The notes beneath the pieces are model-generated. The model searched no databases, was not told the origin of the DNA, and saw only the letters and a list, made by a program, of their open reading frames with translations. The position numbers and the translations under genes were made by a program. A stretch of DNA of 64,000 nt from Tubiluchus corallicola (Eukaryota > Animalia > Priapulida), in contig JAQGDQ010000010.1 of the NCBI GenBank assembly GCA_030141605.1, forward strand, positions 558,001 to 622,000. Reading direction: 5' to 3'. This document shows positions 63,814 to 64,000 of the stretch, one piece after another (position 1 is the stretch's first letter; the number at the start of each line of letters is the position of its first letter).

Positions 63814-63894
63814 AGTTTACAATTACCCACACAAGTACACTAACCCTAACATTCATCCTAATCCTGATTTTTTGTGTGTGGGGAATTGTAAACT
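63814..63894. mobile_element. 81-bp mini-element: 20-bp inverted arms flanking a CCCTAA-like core
   Basis: agtttacaattacccacaca / tgtgtggggaattgtaaact (19/20), core taaccctaac..cctaatcctg. Confidence 0.65.
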
Positions 63895-64000
63895 TTAGCC
63901 AAATATTAAGCCGCAATTACCAATGTTGCAAAAGATGAAAAGCTTCAAAATAGCGCACTAACTTTCGTGTCAGCATTCATTGAAAGTTTAGCAACCTGCA

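Overview
AT-rich animal genomic DNA (probably an invertebrate; spliceosomal introns, microsatellites, decayed transposons), not prokaryotic. Three intron-containing genes could be spliced together by hand with consistent phases: (1) a class A neuropeptide-type GPCR on + (14945-22420, plus a terminal exon at 25599-25726 or 27287-27453); (2) GAR1, an H/ACA snoRNP subunit, on + (35257-41001, 194 aa), containing a clear U12-type minor intron; (3) a folliculin-interacting protein FNIP1/2 orthologue on - (62769-43737, 15 exons, 1437 aa), convergent with GAR1. A young, 5'-truncated CR1-group LINE (32150-34565, -) has inserted into a local repeat whose uninterrupted paralogue lies inside the GAR1 minor intron. 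The GAR1 stop codon and 3'UTR are tandemly duplicated (2 x 219 bp). The rest is microsatellites, tRNA- and 5S-derived SINE relics, and MITE/Helentron/Kolobok/Tigger relics. I see no evidence for a new multi-gene system. The best leads are regulatory: the minor intron, the GAR1 3' duplication with a cryptic acceptor, overlapping uORFs on FNIP, a Cys/His cluster resembling the FNIP1 redox degron, and alternative GPCR tails. All homology calls rest on recognised motifs, not on database searches.
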